Source: an uncultured Methanosarcinales archaeon
GTDB taxonomy: Archaea > Nanobdellota > Nanobdellia > Woesearchaeales > ARS49
NCBI GenBank assembly: GCA_964497645.1
Contig: CAZCCU010000003.1
Coordinates: forward strand, 1 to 62,561
Length of the DNA: 62,561 nucleotides
Direction: 5' to 3'
Shown: in pieces, positions 61,542 to 62,561 of the stretch
Layout: each line of letters opens with the position of its first letter
Position numbering within the stretch: position 1 is the stretch's first letter
The notes under the pieces: generated by a model
Databases searched by the model: none
The model's input: only the letters and a program-made list of their open reading frames with translations
Told to the model about the DNA's origin: nothing
Translations under genes and position numbers: made by a program

Positions 61542-62456
61542 TTATGTTGCGAATTCTCTGGGGAGGGGGAAGATGATTTCTTCTTTCACAATCTCAAGAT
61601 TTTCAACAGTGAGCTGGTTATTTCTATTTCTGAAAAAGTTTACAATATCCTGCACCAGTCTTTCCGGTGCTGATGCTCCTGAAGTGATGCCTACTGTTTT
61701 AGCATCAAGCCATTCTTCTTTGATGCCGTCTTTGTCGTTGATTAGGTGCGCTTTTATTCCTATTTTCTGCGCAGTCTCCACCAGTCTTTTTGAGTTTGAA
61801 CTGTTCTGAGAGCCAACAACTAAAACAAGTTCGCATTTTTTTGCCAATTCTTTCACCGCGTTCTGTCTGTTGGTCGTAGCATAGCAGATGTCTTCTTTTG
61901 CGGGAGTTGTTATTTTGTATTTTCTATTCAAAGCATCCATAATGTCTTTTGTTTCATCGACACTCAAAGTTGTCTGCGTTAAAACCGCTATTTTTCCAGA
62001 AGTCTTTAATTTCTCGACGTCCTCAACATTCTCAACTAGATGCATTGTTGCTTCTCCCATTGTTCCTTCGACTTCCGGATGTCCTTTGTGCCCGATTAAA
62101 ACAAGTTCATATCCTTCTTGTTTGTATTTTATCGCTTCCCAATGCACTTTTGTCACGAGAGGGCATGTCGCATCGATGATTTTTAGTTTCCTGTTTTTCG
62201 CTTCTTTTTTTATTGCAGGTGATACTCCGTGCGCGCTGAAGATTACAATGCTGTCTGCTGGAACTTCCTTTAACTCTTCAACAAATATTGCTCCTTTTCT
62301 TTTCAAATCTTCAACAACGTGCTTGTTGTGCACGATTTCATGCCGAACGTACACCGGCGCGCCGAAAAATGAGATTGCTTTCTCTACAATATCAATTGCT
62401 CTGCTTACTCCTGCGCAAAATCCGCGCGGCGATGCTAAAATTAATTTATCAACCAT
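61542..62456 (-). CDS. ispH: 4-hydroxy-3-methylbut-2-enyl diphosphate reductase (IspH/LytB)
   Basis: LASPRGFCAGVSRAIDIVE, VRHEIVHNKHVV, FSAHGVSP and ATCPLVTKVH (three conserved Cys). Confidence 0.9.
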   Translation of the reverse strand: MVDKLILASPRGFCAGVSRAIDIVEKAISFFGAPVYVRHEIVHNKHVVEDLKRKGAIFVEELKEVPADSIVIFSAHGVSPAIKKEAKNRKLKIIDATCPLVTKVHWEAIKYKQEGYELVLIGHKGHPEVEGTMGEATMHLVENVEDVEKLKTSGKIAVLTQTTLSVDETKDIMDALNRKYKITTPAKEDICYATTNRQNAVKELAKKCELVLVVGSQNSSNSKRLVETAQKIGIKAHLINDKDGIKEEWLDAKTVGITSGASAPERLVQDIVNFFRNRNNQLTVENLEIVKEEIIFPLPREFAT

Positions 62457-62561
62457 GTGAGCTTATTCTCATGATCATTTTATAATTCTTGCGTGGCTCA
62501 CGCTACCATTCAAAACAATCTCAAAGAAATAAAAAAAGGAGAGACCGTTCATAGTCGAACT

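Overview
This is an archaeal chromosome segment. The markers are ribosomal proteins S27ae, S24e, L35Ae, P0, P1 and uL1, plus Spt4, RpoE'/Rpo7, RpoL/Rpo11, Kae1, membrane-bound LonB, a class-I CCA-adding enzyme, a PAC2 chaperone and TrmB regulators. By eye the GC content is moderate to low. Genes are tightly packed, often with 4-bp ATGA overlaps. TTTATAAA-type TATA boxes sit about 23-25 nt before many start codons (leaderless), and other genes carry GGAGG/GGTGA ribosome-binding sites. The mosaic, reduced gene content suggests an uncultivated small-genome (DPANN-like) archaeon, but that is inference. I recognised no rRNA, tRNA or CRISPR array. The accessory content, in order of interest, is as follows. 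(1) A 4-kb low-coding-density locus (34.3-38.4 kb) holds a dense GTCC iteron array, three coiled-coil/wHTH genes, repeat-bearing spacers and a 0.7-kb AT-rich gap. (2) A divergent cluster of orphan secreted and membrane proteins (40.2-47.2 kb) ends in a TM-anchored mini FtsK/HerA-like ATPase that is translationally coupled to kae1. (3) A 15-bp palindrome, CCGTAA-N3-TTACGG, occurs five times in three divergent promoter regions, linking lon, a Cas4-like nuclease, a class III nucleotide cyclase and membrane proteins. (4) Bacterial-type signalling and metabolic genes (GGDEF, class III cyclase, IspH) sit in an archaeal background. (5) A small integrase element with tandem arm-like repeats lies at the left edge. 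(6) A GC-rich two-gene cassette appears to be foreign. All calls rest on motif recognition by eye; no database search was run.
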